A stretch of DNA of 64,000 nt from Chryseobacterium gleum (GTDB lineage Bacteria > Bacteroidota > Bacteroidia > Flavobacteriales_C > GCA-002722245), in NCBI GenBank assembly GCA_945871895.1, contig CAMBXP010000003.1, positions 1,160-65,159 of the forward strand, in the 5' to 3' direction. Below are positions 30,564 to 39,908 of the stretch, one piece after another. Positions within the stretch are counted from its first letter, which is position 1. The number at the start of each line of letters is the position of its first letter. A program made the translations under genes and the position numbers. The notes under the pieces are model-generated. The model searched no databases, was not told where the DNA came from, and was given only the letters and a program-made list of their open reading frames with translations.

Positions 30564-31019
30564 ATGCAATCCAAAGCATCAACAGTAGAAGAATATTTAA
30601 AGCTCTTACCCGAAGACAGAATTGAGATTATCACTTCTCTCCGAAAAATCATCCTAAAGAATTTACCTAAAGGTTTTGAAGAATGTATGAATTACGGCAT
30701 GATTGGTTATGTCGTTCCTTTGTCTTCTTATCCCGCTGGATATCATTGCGATCCCAAGCAGCCGCTTCCTTTTATGAATTTGGCTTCGCAAAAAAATCAT
30801 ATTGCCATTTATCACATGGATTTGTATGCCAATCAGGACTTGATGACGTGGTTTCAGCAAGAGTGGAGTAAGCATTCAAAGAAGAAGTTAGATATAGGGA
30901 AAAGCTGCATCCGATTTAAAAAGGCAGAAGATATTCCTTTGGCATTAATCGCTGAATTGTGCTCTAAGGTGAGTCCGAAAGAATGGATCAGTCAATACGA
31001 ATCGGATTTTAAGAAGTAG
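30564..31019 (+). CDS. DUF1801 domain protein
   Basis: Matches the YdhG/DUF1801-like family (EEYLKLLPEDRIEIITSLRKIILKNLP). Confidence 0.55.
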   Translation: MQSKASTVEEYLKLLPEDRIEIITSLRKIILKNLPKGFEECMNYGMIGYVVPLSSYPAGYHCDPKQPLPFMNLASQKNHIAIYHMDLYANQDLMTWFQQEWSKHSKKKLDIGKSCIRFKKAEDIPLALIAELCSKVSPKEWISQYESDFKK

Positions 31020-31022
31020 ACT

Positions 31023-31289
31023 TTATTTCTTGAATTGAGCATGTAGTGAGTTGAAATACTCGTCGCTAACATTCAATTCAATTTTTTTAAACTGACTCGT
31101 CAACCCTTTTTCAATCACAATATCGCTTTTTCTCACTTTCAATTCTTTTGAAAGAAATTTAATCAAGTACTCATTTGCTGCTCCATCAATAGGTTTTTCA
31201 CGAATCTTAATAATCCATTGATTGTTTTCATCAATGCTTATTTCATCTTTAAATGAACCGGGCTTAACTTTTACTTGGATGATTGGCAT
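31023..31289 (-). CDS. DUF167 (YggU) family protein
   Basis: IDGAANEYLIKFLSKELKVRKSDIVIEKGLTSQFKKIEL aligns with the YggU consensus ([39 protein letters not shown]). Confidence 0.7.
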   Translation of the reverse strand: MPIIQVKVKPGSFKDEISIDENNQWIIKIREKPIDGAANEYLIKFLSKELKVRKSDIVIEKGLTSQFKKIELNVSDEYFNSLHAQFKK

Positions 31290-31345
31290 GGGTTAAAAAT
31301 AACCATTTCTTTTTTCGTAGATTTAACCTGCTTTAATTATTCATC

Positions 31346-31912
31346 ATGAATTTGACTCATCCCAAACTGGTTAAACTATTGCAAAAGGCATATTCTGCTG
31401 AAAAAGCAGCTGCTTTTGCCTACATAGGTCATGCTGGTTCGGTGAAAGATAAAACACAAAAAGCACTCATCAAGCAAATTGAAATTGATGAATGGAATCA
31501 TCGAAGTGAAGTGCTTAAAATTATTAATCAGTATGGTATTCCTGTTTCAAGAGCTTACGAAATTCGATTTCATATTATTGGTAAAGTAATTTCTGCAAGT
31601 TGTTATGTGATTGGTTGGTTTATGCCTTATTATTTTGCCGGACGATTAGAAAGTGGTAACGTTTGCGAATATTTTATCATGATGCATTATTTCCATGAAA
31701 TTGGCATTAAAGATCACGACGAAGTGCTATATGAAATGGGAATGAAGGAAAAAGAACATGAAGTGTACTTTTTAGAGCAAATCAAAAACGATAAACTCTT
31801 GCCCTTTTTCGAGAAAATATTTTTCTGGGGGAAAAGAAAATCACTGAATGACGTTGATTTTGAAAACAAGTATTCTGTAGAGAAGTCAGAAATGTATTGT
31901 AAAAAGAAATAA
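31346..31912 (+). CDS. ferritin-like diiron-carboxylate protein (uncharacterised)
   Basis: Two E...ExxH motif pairs (EKAAAFAY...EIDEWNH; ESGNVCEY...EKEHEVYF). Reading this as a diiron site is an inference. Confidence 0.45.
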   Translation: MNLTHPKLVKLLQKAYSAEKAAAFAYIGHAGSVKDKTQKALIKQIEIDEWNHRSEVLKIINQYGIPVSRAYEIRFHIIGKVISASCYVIGWFMPYYFAGRLESGNVCEYFIMMHYFHEIGIKDHDEVLYEMGMKEKEHEVYFLEQIKNDKLLPFFEKIFFWGKRKSLNDVDFENKYSVEKSEMYCKKK

Positions 31913-31914
31913 CT

Positions 31915-32586
31915 ATGGAATTATCGTTATACGTTTATTTGGTTTTTATTGCAGCGACCTTAGCTACAGTGCTTTTTTTGTACAAAGCATCGGGTAAGTC
32001 GAAAGTTGTTTTAGGCGTTTCCCTAGCTTGGCTTTTGGTACAGGGAATTGTTTCTTATACAGGTTTTTATGAGAAAATAGATGGTTTTCCCCCGAGATTT
32101 TCTTTGTTGCTATTACCTCCCTTGGCATTGATTGCGTGGTTGTTTAATGCAGACAAAGGCAGGGTATTCATCTCAAAATTCGATAGCACTTGGCTAACCT
32201 ATCTTCATATAGTTCGAATTCCCGCTGAGATGGTTTTGTTTTGGCTTTTTGCAGCTGGCTATGTTCCAGAGCTAATGACTTTTGACGGAATTAATTTCGA
32301 TATACTTTCGGGCATCACTGCGCCTTTGGTTGCCTATTTCGGCATTAGAAAAAGTAAAATGAAAAAGAAGTACTTAATGCTGTGGAATTTCATTTGTTTG
32401 GGCTTACTGTTCAATATTGTTATCAATGCTATTCTTTCTGCACCTTCTATTTTTCAAGCGCAAGCCTATGATCAGCCCAACGTTGGAGTTTTCTATTTTC
32501 CTTTTGTTTGGCTGCCTTGTTTTATTGTGCCAGCGGTTTTATTTTCGCATTTGGTGTGTCTTAAAAAATTAAAAAGTACTTTTTGA
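31915..32586 (+). CDS. hypothetical integral membrane protein
   Basis: About 6 predicted hydrophobic helices. It starts 3 bp after the previous gene and overlaps the carbamoyltransferase start by 4 bp. Confidence 0.4.
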   Translation: MELSLYVYLVFIAATLATVLFLYKASGKSKVVLGVSLAWLLVQGIVSYTGFYEKIDGFPPRFSLLLLPPLALIAWLFNADKGRVFISKFDSTWLTYLHIVRIPAEMVLFWLFAAGYVPELMTFDGINFDILSGITAPLVAYFGIRKSKMKKKYLMLWNFICLGLLFNIVINAILSAPSIFQAQAYDQPNVGVFYFPFVWLPCFIVPAVLFSHLVCLKKLKSTF

Positions 32587-34448
32587 AAATACTTGGTATA
32601 TCTGCTTTTTATCATGATTCTGCTGCTGCTATAATATGCGATGGAGAAATTATAGCTGCTGCGCAAGAAGAGAGATTTACCAGAAAAAAACACGATGAAT
32701 CATTTCCCATAAATGCAGTGCAGTATTGCTTAAAAGAAGCTGGAATTACCATTGATGAACTTGAAGCCATTGTTTTTTACGATAAGCCTTTGCTCAAATT
32801 CGAGCGTTTGTTAGAGACTTATTATGGCTTTGCTCCAAAAGGTGTTTTGTCTTTCGTAACGTCTATCCCTGTTTGGATTAAAGACAAACTCTTTCTGAAG
32901 AAACTCATTAAAGATGAGCTCAAAAAAGTGGCTGATTATGACGCCAAAAAATTAAAAATTCTTTTTCCCGAGCATCATTTGTCGCATGCTGCCAGTGCTT
33001 TTTACCCTTCTTCTTTTGAAGAGGCCGCAATTCTTACGATTGATGGAGTAGGCGAATGGGCGACAGCTTCAATTTGTAAAGGAAGTGGCAAAAATATTAC
33101 AGTGCTAAAAGAATTGCATTTTCCTCATTCAATCGGTTTACTGTATTCTGCGTTCACTTATTTCTTAGGGTTTAAAGTGAATTCGGGCGAGTATAAGTTA
33201 ATGGGTTTAGCTCCTTACGGAAATACAAATTCTAAAGATATTCAGCGTTATGTCGATATTATAAAATCTCAATTAATTGATATTAAAGAAGATGGTTCGC
33301 TGTGGCTCAACCAAAAATATTTTTCCTACGCTACGGCGCTGCGTATGGTGCCCGATAGGAAATGGGAAAAGCTTTTTGGTTTCCCTAGAAGAAAAGCCGA
33401 ATCTCCTTTAGAGCAGCACCATTGCGATTTAGGTTTGGCGATACAATTGGTGACCGAAGAGTTAGTGATTAAAATGGCACAAGAAGCGAAGAAATTAACA
33501 GGTTGCGAAAATTTGTGCTTGGCGGGCGGTGTAGCTTTAAATTGTGTGGCCAATGGTAGATTACAGAAAGAAAATATTTTTAAAAATATATTTATTCAGC
33601 CTGCGGCTGGTGATGCTGGAGGCGCTATTGGTGCCGCTTTAGCAGCATACTATATTTATTACCAGCACGAAAGAAAAGTGAATGTTGCTTTGATGGATGG
33701 AATGAAAGGTTCTTATCTCGGACCATCATACAGCGACCAAGATGTAGAATTGATGGCAGATCAATATCAAGCCAAATTTCAGCGTTTTGAATCCTTTAAT
33801 GAATTAACAAAAGTAGTAGCAAATCATTTAGCCAACGCCAATGTGATTGGCTGGCATCAAGGAAGAATGGAATTCGGACCGCGTGCCCTAGGAAATCGCA
33901 GTATCATCGCCGACGCTCGCAATTCTGAGATGCAGAAAAAGCTGAATTTAAAAATAAAATATCGAGAAAGTTTTCGACCATTTGCGCCTTCTGTTTTAGC
34001 AGAAGATGTTTCTCAATACTTTGATTTTAAAGGTATTTCTCCCTACATGTTGTTGGTGCATCCTGTGAAAGAAAATCGTTTGAAACTTTTGCCTTTTAAT
34101 TATGCGGCTTTGCCTTTAAAGGATAAATTGTATCATTTGCGTTCTGATATTCCGGCGGTAACTCACATCGATTTTTCTGCGCGAATTCAAACTGTGCACA
34201 AGGAAACCAATCCGAAATATCATGCATTGATTTCAGCGTTTAAAGAAAAAACTGGTGATGGATTGCTAGTGAATACAAGCTTCAATGTTCGAGGAGAACC
34301 CATTGTTTGTACTCCTGAAGATGCTTATAAATGCTTGATGAGAACAGAAATGGATTACTTAGTTGTTGGGAATTATCTTTTCCCGAAACAAGAGCAACCT
34401 GAATGGAAAGAGAAAGACAATTGGAAAGATGAATATGTTTTAGATTAA
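32583..34448 (+). CDS. carbamoyltransferase (NodU/CmcH/SxtI family)
   Basis: MKILGISAFYHDSAAAIICDGEIIAAAQEERFTRKKHD, HHLSHAASAF and a C-terminal YrdC-like domain. Confidence 0.9.
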   Translation: MKILGISAFYHDSAAAIICDGEIIAAAQEERFTRKKHDESFPINAVQYCLKEAGITIDELEAIVFYDKPLLKFERLLETYYGFAPKGVLSFVTSIPVWIKDKLFLKKLIKDELKKVADYDAKKLKILFPEHHLSHAASAFYPSSFEEAAILTIDGVGEWATASICKGSGKNITVLKELHFPHSIGLLYSAFTYFLGFKVNSGEYKLMGLAPYGNTNSKDIQRYVDIIKSQLIDIKEDGSLWLNQKYFSYATALRMVPDRKWEKLFGFPRRKAESPLEQHHCDLGLAIQLVTEELVIKMAQEAKKLTGCENLCLAGGVALNCVANGRLQKENIFKNIFIQPAAGDAGGAIGAALAAYYIYYQHERKVNVALMDGMKGSYLGPSYSDQDVELMADQYQAKFQRFESFNELTKVVANHLANANVIGWHQGRMEFGPRALGNRSIIADARNSEMQKKLNLKIKYRESFRPFAPSVLAEDVSQYFDFKGISPYMLLVHPVKENRLKLLPFNYAALPLKDKLYHLRSDIPAVTHIDFSARIQTVHKETNPKYHALISAFKEKTGDGLLVNTSFNVRGEPIVCTPEDAYKCLMRTEMDYLVVGNYLFPKQEQPEWKEKDNWKDEYVLD

Positions 34449-34457
34449 ATTAGTCCC

Positions 34458-34607
34458 GTGGAATTTTTAAAAGACATTTGGAATTTTATTAAAGAGCGTA
34501 AGAAGTTTTGGTTGATGCCAGTAATTATTGTGATTGTGTTACTTGGTGTTTTGCTCGTTTTTGCTGCTTCTTCAGCTATCGGACCATTTATTTACCCTTT
34601 ATTTTAA
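34458..34607 (+). CDS. DUF5989 (SxtK-like) small membrane protein, GTG start
   Basis: VEFLKDIWNFIKERKKFWLMPVIIVIVLLGVLLVFAASSAIGPFIYPLF, 49 aa with a single transmembrane helix. It is below the ORF-track size cut-off, and its stop abuts the ATG at 34608. Confidence 0.6.
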   Translation: MEFLKDIWNFIKERKKFWLMPVIIVIVLLGVLLVFAASSAIGPFIYPLF

Positions 34608-34988
34608 ATGAAGCTAGGTTCTCATAAAATAACCCAAACTTTATTGGTGCTGGCCTTGGCTTCCATGGTTACTCATTTATTTGTATTGCGCGATATTAAT
34701 AGTTCTTTTTTCCGCTATGTCGCCATTATCCTCATTGTACTAGCTTTGTTTCCTCAATTCTTTCTCAGTGGATTTATTGCTAAGGCTTGGCTAAAATTCG
34801 GCGAAGCTATGAGCTGGGTGATGTCGAAAATTATTTTGACTTTGCTGTTTTATCTTTTTGTTTTCCCTATATCTTCACTCTATCGCTTATTCAGTAAGGA
34901 TTTGATGATGATAAAAAAGCGCAAAGACACTTATTTTAAAGAGCGAAATCATTTGTTTGAGAAAAAAGATATTGAAAACCCTTGGTAA
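34608..34988 (+). CDS. SxtJ-like membrane protein
   Basis: About 126 aa with 3 transmembrane helices. It occupies the conserved carbamoyltransferase-DUF5989-SxtJ position. Confidence 0.55.
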   Translation: MKLGSHKITQTLLVLALASMVTHLFVLRDINSSFFRYVAIILIVLALFPQFFLSGFIAKAWLKFGEAMSWVMSKIILTLLFYLFVFPISSLYRLFSKDLMMIKKRKDTYFKERNHLFEKKDIENPW

Positions 34989-34998
34989 AAATTAAGTT

Positions 34999-35436
34999 AT
35001 GAGAAATTTAGGAGTTAATTTATCACGCATAGGAGTAGGGATTGTACTCTTTTTCATTGGAATGTATAAGTTTACTAATGAGGGAGCTGAAGGCATCTTT
35101 GTGGATGTTGCTAATAGTCCGATTTTATCTTGGCTATATAAGCTAGGTTCTCATGCATTTGTTTCTGGATTGATTGGAAGTATGGAAATACTAATTGCTA
35201 TACTTATCTTCTTCAGTTTCAAAAATCAAAAGGCGGCCTTAATGGGCGGTATTCTGGGAAGCATCACTTTTTTAATTACACTAAGTTTTTACTTCACAAC
35301 ACCATCTGCCGATGGATTAATGGGACTGGCTCATTTTAGAATGGTAGCCGACTGGTGTCTCGCTCCCAACCATTTTATCTTGAAAGACATTGTGTTTTTA
35401 GGAGTTTGTCTTCAGTTGGCGGTAGAATATTGGTAA
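34999..35436 (+). CDS. DUF417 (YkgB-like) membrane protein
   Basis: About 4 transmembrane helices. The family assignment rests on length and hydrophobic pattern. Confidence 0.45.
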   Translation: MRNLGVNLSRIGVGIVLFFIGMYKFTNEGAEGIFVDVANSPILSWLYKLGSHAFVSGLIGSMEILIAILIFFSFKNQKAALMGGILGSITFLITLSFYFTTPSADGLMGLAHFRMVADWCLAPNHFILKDIVFLGVCLQLAVEYW

Positions 35437-35483
35437 AATAAAACTTTTCTCTTGGTATTTTTTGCTTCTATTAAATGAATTCA

Positions 35484-35491
35484 TATATTTG
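35484..35491 (+). promoter_or_regulatory. candidate Bacteroidota sigma-A -7 element (TAnnTTTG) upstream of rpsU
   Basis: TATATTTG lies ~24 nt before the rpsU ATG. Confidence 0.3.
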
Positions 35492-35514
35492 CTCCCCATT
35501 AGAAAATAAAAGAT

Positions 35515-35712
35515 ATGTTAGTAGTTCAAGTAAAAGAAGGCGACAACATCGAAAGAGCGTTGAAGAAATACAAAAGAAAGTTCGAAAAAACTAAGGTTTT
35601 GAAAGACTTAAGAAACAGACAAGCTTTTGAAAAACCATCTGTAACAAACAGAGAGGCTAATAAAAAAGCTGTTTACGTAGAGCAATTGAAAAGAAACTTG
35701 TCTGAAATTTAA
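35515..35712 (+). CDS. rpsU: 30S ribosomal protein S21
   Basis: MLVVQVKEGDNIERALKKYKRKFEKTKVLKDLRNRQAFEKPS. Confidence 0.9.
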   Translation: MLVVQVKEGDNIERALKKYKRKFEKTKVLKDLRNRQAFEKPSVTNREANKKAVYVEQLKRNLSEI

Positions 35713-35813
35713 TTTCAGCATTTACCTATAAATTTTAGTAGGAAGAGTTTTTTAAGGTATTTTAATCCTCAGTGATTCAAGTATTTTAAAAAATTCTTCC
35801 TATTTTTATTTAT

Positions 35814-36689
35814 ATGCCATTACAAGACTTTCTCCAATATCTAACTATTGAAAAGCGGTACTCTCCTCATACCGTTTTAGCTTATCAACATGACATAGAG
35901 ACTTATCTCGCCTATCTCAAAGATTCTTATGAGATAGAAGATTCTACCCAAGCCAATTCATTAATGGTGAGGGCATGGATAGTAGAGATGGTAGAAAAAG
36001 GCTTGCAGTCTAAATCGGTGCACCGAAAAATATCTTCTATAAAATCATTTTATAAGTTTTTAATGAAGCTGGGACAGCTAAAAGTGTCTCCTGCGCATGG
36101 CGTAGTGCTACCTAAATTGAAAAAACTGTTGCCAACTTTCGTGGAAGAAAGTAAAATGGATATTCTTTTAGATCAGGTAGATTTTGAAACTTCTGACTTT
36201 CATGGGAAGCGTGATAAATTAATTATAGAAATGCTTTATTTAACAGGAATGAGGCTTTCAGAGATTATCAATCTTAAAATATCTGATGTTGACTTGAGTG
36301 ATAATTCCATAAAAGTTTTAGGAAAAGGAAATAAAGAAAGAATAATTCCAATTAATTTTTCCACAGCAGCAACAATTAAAGATTACCTGGCGTATAGAGT
36401 AGCTAGTGAGGATGACTACTTGTTATTGACAGACAAAGGAGAGCAGTTGTACGAAAAGTTTGTGTATAGAACAGTGAATAAATTTCTTAGCATGGTTAGT
36501 ACACATCAAAAAAGGAGTCCGCACGTTTTGCGACACAGTTTTGCCACGCACATGCTGAATAATGGAGCTGATTTAAATGCGATAAAAGAATTACTCGGAC
36601 ACGCTAATCTTGCTGCAACCCAAGTGTATACTCATAATTCAATAGAGAAATTAAAAAAAGTGTATAACCAAGCTCATCCTAGAGCTTAA
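35814..36689 (+). CDS. tyrosine recombinase XerC/XerD-like (conserved rpsU-xer-hpf context)
   Basis: N-terminal SAM-like domain and catalytic R...HxxR...Y (LRHSFATHML...GHANLAATQVYTH). Confidence 0.85.
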   Translation: MPLQDFLQYLTIEKRYSPHTVLAYQHDIETYLAYLKDSYEIEDSTQANSLMVRAWIVEMVEKGLQSKSVHRKISSIKSFYKFLMKLGQLKVSPAHGVVLPKLKKLLPTFVEESKMDILLDQVDFETSDFHGKRDKLIIEMLYLTGMRLSEIINLKISDVDLSDNSIKVLGKGNKERIIPINFSTAATIKDYLAYRVASEDDYLLLTDKGEQLYEKFVYRTVNKFLSMVSTHQKRSPHVLRHSFATHMLNNGADLNAIKELLGHANLAATQVYTHNSIEKLKKVYNQAHPRA

Positions 36690-36701
36690 AATCCCAACAG
36701 T

Positions 36702-37019
36702 ATGAAAATCAAATTAAACTCAGTGCACTTTAGTGCCGACAAAAAATTGTTAGACTTCGTGCAATTAAAGGTAGGTAAACTCGAAACTTTTTATGATAAG
36801 ATCATAGATGGGGAGGTGTTTTTAAGGTTGGATAAATCAGAAGATGCAGCAAATAAAATTGCTGAGATTAAGATTAATATCCCAGGAAAAGAGCTTTTTG
36901 CTAAGAAACAATGCAAAACTTTTGAGGAAGCTGTCGATACTGCTGTTGAGGCTTTGAGAACACAATTAACCAAACAAAAAACCAAAGAAAAATCAACGAA
37001 ACACGCTGAAATAGAATAA
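36702..37019 (+). CDS. hpf: ribosome hibernation promoting factor (HPF/RaiA)
   Basis: Short HPF: KLLDFVQLKVGKLETFYDKIIDGEVFL...INIPGKELFA. Confidence 0.85.
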   Translation: MKIKLNSVHFSADKKLLDFVQLKVGKLETFYDKIIDGEVFLRLDKSEDAANKIAEIKINIPGKELFAKKQCKTFEEAVDTAVEALRTQLTKQKTKEKSTKHAEIE

Positions 37020-37063
37020 GTTTCTATTTTGATTAAAATATGTAAAGCTGTAATGCTTTGTGG

Positions 37064-37101
37064 GGTACGGACTTGAAAATTTTCAAGTCCGTATTTTTTT
37101 T
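37064..37101 (+). terminator. rho-independent terminator after hpf
   Basis: GTACGGACTTGAAA-ATTT-TCAAGTCCGTA followed by T9. Confidence 0.8.
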
Positions 37102-37195
37102 ACAAAAACTTTATATTAATGTTATTGTGAATTAAAAAACTTTACCTACATTTGCCATCCTTAAAATCGAAGTAGTTCTTTTTTTAAGTGAAAAT

Positions 37196-37269
37196 GCCGG
37201 TGTAGCTCAGTTGGCCAGAGCAGCTGATTTGTAATCAGCTGGTCGGGGGTTCGAATCCCTCCACCGGCT
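37196..37269 (+). tRNA. tRNA-Thr (anticodon TGT)
   Basis: Manual cloverleaf: acceptor GCCGGTG/CACCGGC, anticodon loop TTTGTAA, T-loop TTCGAAT. No encoded CCA. Confidence 0.88.
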
Positions 37270-37380
37270 CGCAGAGACGGGGAGGGAAAGACAAAGTCAA
37301 TCCCTCCACCGGCTCTTTAAAGCAGTTGGTGGGAGTGAGATTGGAGAGTTTGAAAGGTTCTTTAAAATATTTAGAAAGTT

Positions 37381-37463
37381 GGGGAGATACTCAAGTGGTT
37401 AACGAGGACAGACTGTAAATCTGTTGGTGTACGCCTTCACAGGTTCGAATCCTGTTCTCCCCA
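37381..37463 (+). tRNA. tRNA-Tyr (anticodon GTA)
   Basis: Acceptor GGGGAGA/TCTCCCC, anticodon loop CTGTAAA, long variable arm, 83 nt. Confidence 0.88.
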
Positions 37464-37537
37464 CAAAACATTAGTTTGAGTATCTTATTGATAGCATTTT
37501 TACCAAAAGCTGTTAATCTCAAACAAAAGATAAAAAA

Positions 37538-37610
37538 GCGGGAGTAGCTCAGTTGGTAGAGCATCAGCCTTCCAAGCTGAGGGTCGCGAGTCCGAGTCTC
37601 GTCTCCCGCT
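37538..37610 (+). tRNA. tRNA-Gly (anticodon TCC)
   Basis: Acceptor GCGGGAG/CTCCCGC, anticodon loop CTTCCAA. The T-arm is gcgag-tccgagt-ctcgt, with an unusual C at position 54. Confidence 0.8.
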
Positions 37611-37636
37611 CTTTTTTATTTAAGGCTTATTTATAA

Positions 37637-37708
<72 letters not shown>

Positions 37709-37780
37709 CTACATATTGCGCATTTAAGAAGTTTTTTATTGTAGGTTTAATATATTAATTAATTAAAATTTAAGAAAGTC

Positions 37781-38968
37781 ATGGCTAAAGAAAGTTTCAA
37801 CCGATCAAAGCCACACGTTAACATCGGAACAATTGGTCACGTTGACCACGGCAAAACAACATTAACTGCCGCTATTACAAAAGTGCTATCAGACTTAGGT
37901 CTTTGCGCAGCGAGAAATTTTGACTCTATTGATAACGCTCCAGAAGAAAAGGAGAGAGGTATCACTATCAATACTTCTCACGTTGAGTATGAAACTGCAA
38001 CCAGACACTACGCACACGTAGATTGTCCTGGTCACGCGGATTACGTTAAAAACATGGTTACTGGTGCCGCTCAAATGGACGGTGCTATCTTGGTAGTTGC
38101 TGCTACTGACGGACCAATGCCACAAACTCGTGAGCACATCTTATTAGCTCGTCAAGTAGGTGTACCTAAAATCGTTGTATTCATGAACAAAGTGGATATG
38201 GTTGATGATCCTGAGTTATTAGAGTTAGTAGAGATCGAAATCAGAGAATTATTGTCATTCTATAGCTTCGAAGGTGATACTATTTCAGTTATTCAAGGTT
38301 CTGCGCTTGGTGCATTGAACGGTGAGCCGAAATGGGTTGATACTGTTAAAGCTTTGATGGATGCTGTAGATAAAGATATACCAGTTCCTCCGCGTGAAGT
38401 TGACAAACCATTTTTGATGCCAGTTGAAGACGTGTTCTCAATTACTGGTCGTGGTACTGTTGCTACTGGTAGAATTGAAACAGGTGTTATCAATGTTGGT
38501 GACGAGGTTGAAATCACAGGTTTAACTGAGACTAAACAGATGTCAATCATTACAGGTGTTGAGATGTTCAGAAAATTATTGGACAGAGGTCAAGCTGGTG
38601 ATAACGTTGGTTTACTTTTAAGAGGTATCGATAAAGAAGGAATCAAAAGAGGAATGGTAATGGCTAAGCCAGGATCAATCAAACCTCATAAAAAATTCAA
38701 AGCTGAGGTTTACGTATTGAAGAAAGAAGAAGGTGGTCGTCACACTCCTTTCCACAATAAATACAGACCACAGTTCTACTTAAGAACTACCGACATGACA
38801 GGTGAAATCACTTTACCTGAAGGTCGTGAAATGGTTATGCCTGGTGACAACGTTACTATCACTGTAGATTTGATTATGCCAGTTGCCTTGAACAAAGGTT
38901 TACGTTTCGCAATCAGAGAGGGTGGAAGAACTGTTGGTGCTGGTCAAGTACTAGAGATCTTAGACTAA
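37781..38968 (+). CDS. tuf: elongation factor Tu
   Basis: [22 protein letters not shown] and the canonical length of 395 aa. Confidence 0.98.
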   Translation: MAKESFNRSKPHVNIGTIGHVDHGKTTLTAAITKVLSDLGLCAARNFDSIDNAPEEKERGITINTSHVEYETATRHYAHVDCPGHADYVKNMVTGAAQMDGAILVVAATDGPMPQTREHILLARQVGVPKIVVFMNKVDMVDDPELLELVEIEIRELLSFYSFEGDTISVIQGSALGALNGEPKWVDTVKALMDAVDKDIPVPPREVDKPFLMPVEDVFSITGRGTVATGRIETGVINVGDEVEITGLTETKQMSIITGVEMFRKLLDRGQAGDNVGLLLRGIDKEGIKRGMVMAKPGSIKPHKKFKAEVYVLKKEEGGRHTPFHNKYRPQFYLRTTDMTGEITLPEGREMVMPGDNVTITVDLIMPVALNKGLRFAIREGGRTVGAGQVLEILD

Positions 38969-38995
38969 TTTAATTGACCTTACTCAAGGTACTGA

Positions 38996-39024
38996 AGCTA
39001 TCCCGATTTTCGGGATAGCTTTTA
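38996..39024 (+). terminator. hairpin terminator after tuf
   Basis: AGCTATCCCGA-TTTT-CGGGATAGCT followed by TTTTAG. Confidence 0.65.
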
Positions 39025-39048
39025 GTGTCCTTACAAAGTTGGGCCTTT

Positions 39049-39121
39049 ACGGGAGTAGCTCAATTGGCAGAGCGTAGGTCTCCAAAACCTGAGGTTGTGA
39101 GTTCGATTCTCCCCTCCCGTG
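39049..39121 (+). tRNA. tRNA-Trp (anticodon CCA)
   Basis: Acceptor ACGGGAG/CTCCCGT, anticodon loop CTCCAAA, T-loop TTCGATT. Conserved tuf-tRNA-Trp-secE position. Confidence 0.85.
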
Positions 39122-39132
39122 CTTAAAATAAA

Positions 39133-39312
39133 ATGAAGATGAAAGCTTATTTGGCAGACATATATAACGAACTGGTTTACAAAGTTTCTTGGCCTACTTG
39201 GAAAGAAATTCAAAGCACTGCTTTATTGGTGTTGGCTGGAGTTGCAATCTTTTCATTGTTAATCTTTGGAATGGATTTCATCTTGAACTTTTTATCAGGA
39301 TTAGTTTATTAA
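39133..39312 (+). CDS. secE: preprotein translocase subunit SecE
   Basis: 59 aa, MKMKAYLADIYNELVYKVSWPTWKEIQSTALLVLAGVAIFSLLIFGMDFILNFLSGLVY, single transmembrane helix. It is below the ORF-track cut-off and sits in the conserved position before nusG. Confidence 0.8.
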   Translation: MKMKAYLADIYNELVYKVSWPTWKEIQSTALLVLAGVAIFSLLIFGMDFILNFLSGLVY

Positions 39313-39322
39313 TTATTGAAGT

Positions 39323-39886
39323 ATGGCAGAAGCAAAAACAAATAACGAATTGGTGCTGAAGTGGTATGTGGTGCGCTCAATAAGCGGAAAAGAAAACAAG
39401 GTTCGTGAGTATATCGAAAATGAAATTCGTGCTCTCGGATTAAGTGACTATGTTAAGCAAATATTAATTCCTACTGAGAAGGTTTACCAAATCAGAAAAG
39501 GAAAAAAGATAAGTAAAGAAAGAAACTTCTTTCCCGGCTATATTTTGATTGAGGCTGCTCTTACAGGAGAAGTTCCTCACGCTATCAAAAATGTAACTGG
39601 TGTTATTGGTTTCTTAGGCGATAAAAATGGGTCTCCAGTGCCCCTTAGATTATCTGAGGTGAACAGAATTCTAGGAAAAGTGGATGAGTTGGCTGAGTCC
39701 AATGAAGAAATTAATATTCCTTTCATCGTGGGAGAAACCGTTAAGGTAATTGATGGTCCGTTCAACAGCTTCTCGGGCGTTATCGAAGAAATCAACGAAG
39801 AAAAGAAAAAATTGAAAGTAATGGTGAAGATTTTCGGAAGAAAAACTCCATTAGAATTATCTTTCATGCAAGTAGAAAAAGAGTAA
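39323..39886 (+). CDS. nusG: transcription termination/antitermination factor NusG
   Basis: NGN domain and C-terminal KOW (GETVKVIDGPFNSFSGVIEEI). Confidence 0.95.
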   Translation: MAEAKTNNELVLKWYVVRSISGKENKVREYIENEIRALGLSDYVKQILIPTEKVYQIRKGKKISKERNFFPGYILIEAALTGEVPHAIKNVTGVIGFLGDKNGSPVPLRLSEVNRILGKVDELAESNEEINIPFIVGETVKVIDGPFNSFSGVIEEINEEKKKLKVMVKIFGRKTPLELSFMQVEKE

Positions 39887-39908
39887 TTGACAATTTAAAA
39901 AGAATAAA

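Noticed and set aside
35814-36689. Tyrosine recombinase next to a tRNA cluster as evidence of an integrated genomic island
   Set aside because: The rpsU, Xer-like recombinase, hpf, tRNA-Thr/Tyr/Gly/Thr, tuf arrangement is a conserved housekeeping context in Bacteroidota. No cargo genes lie between the recombinase and the tRNAs, and the downstream region is the universal rif cluster. Only the small 17-bp tRNA-end duplication is reported separately.
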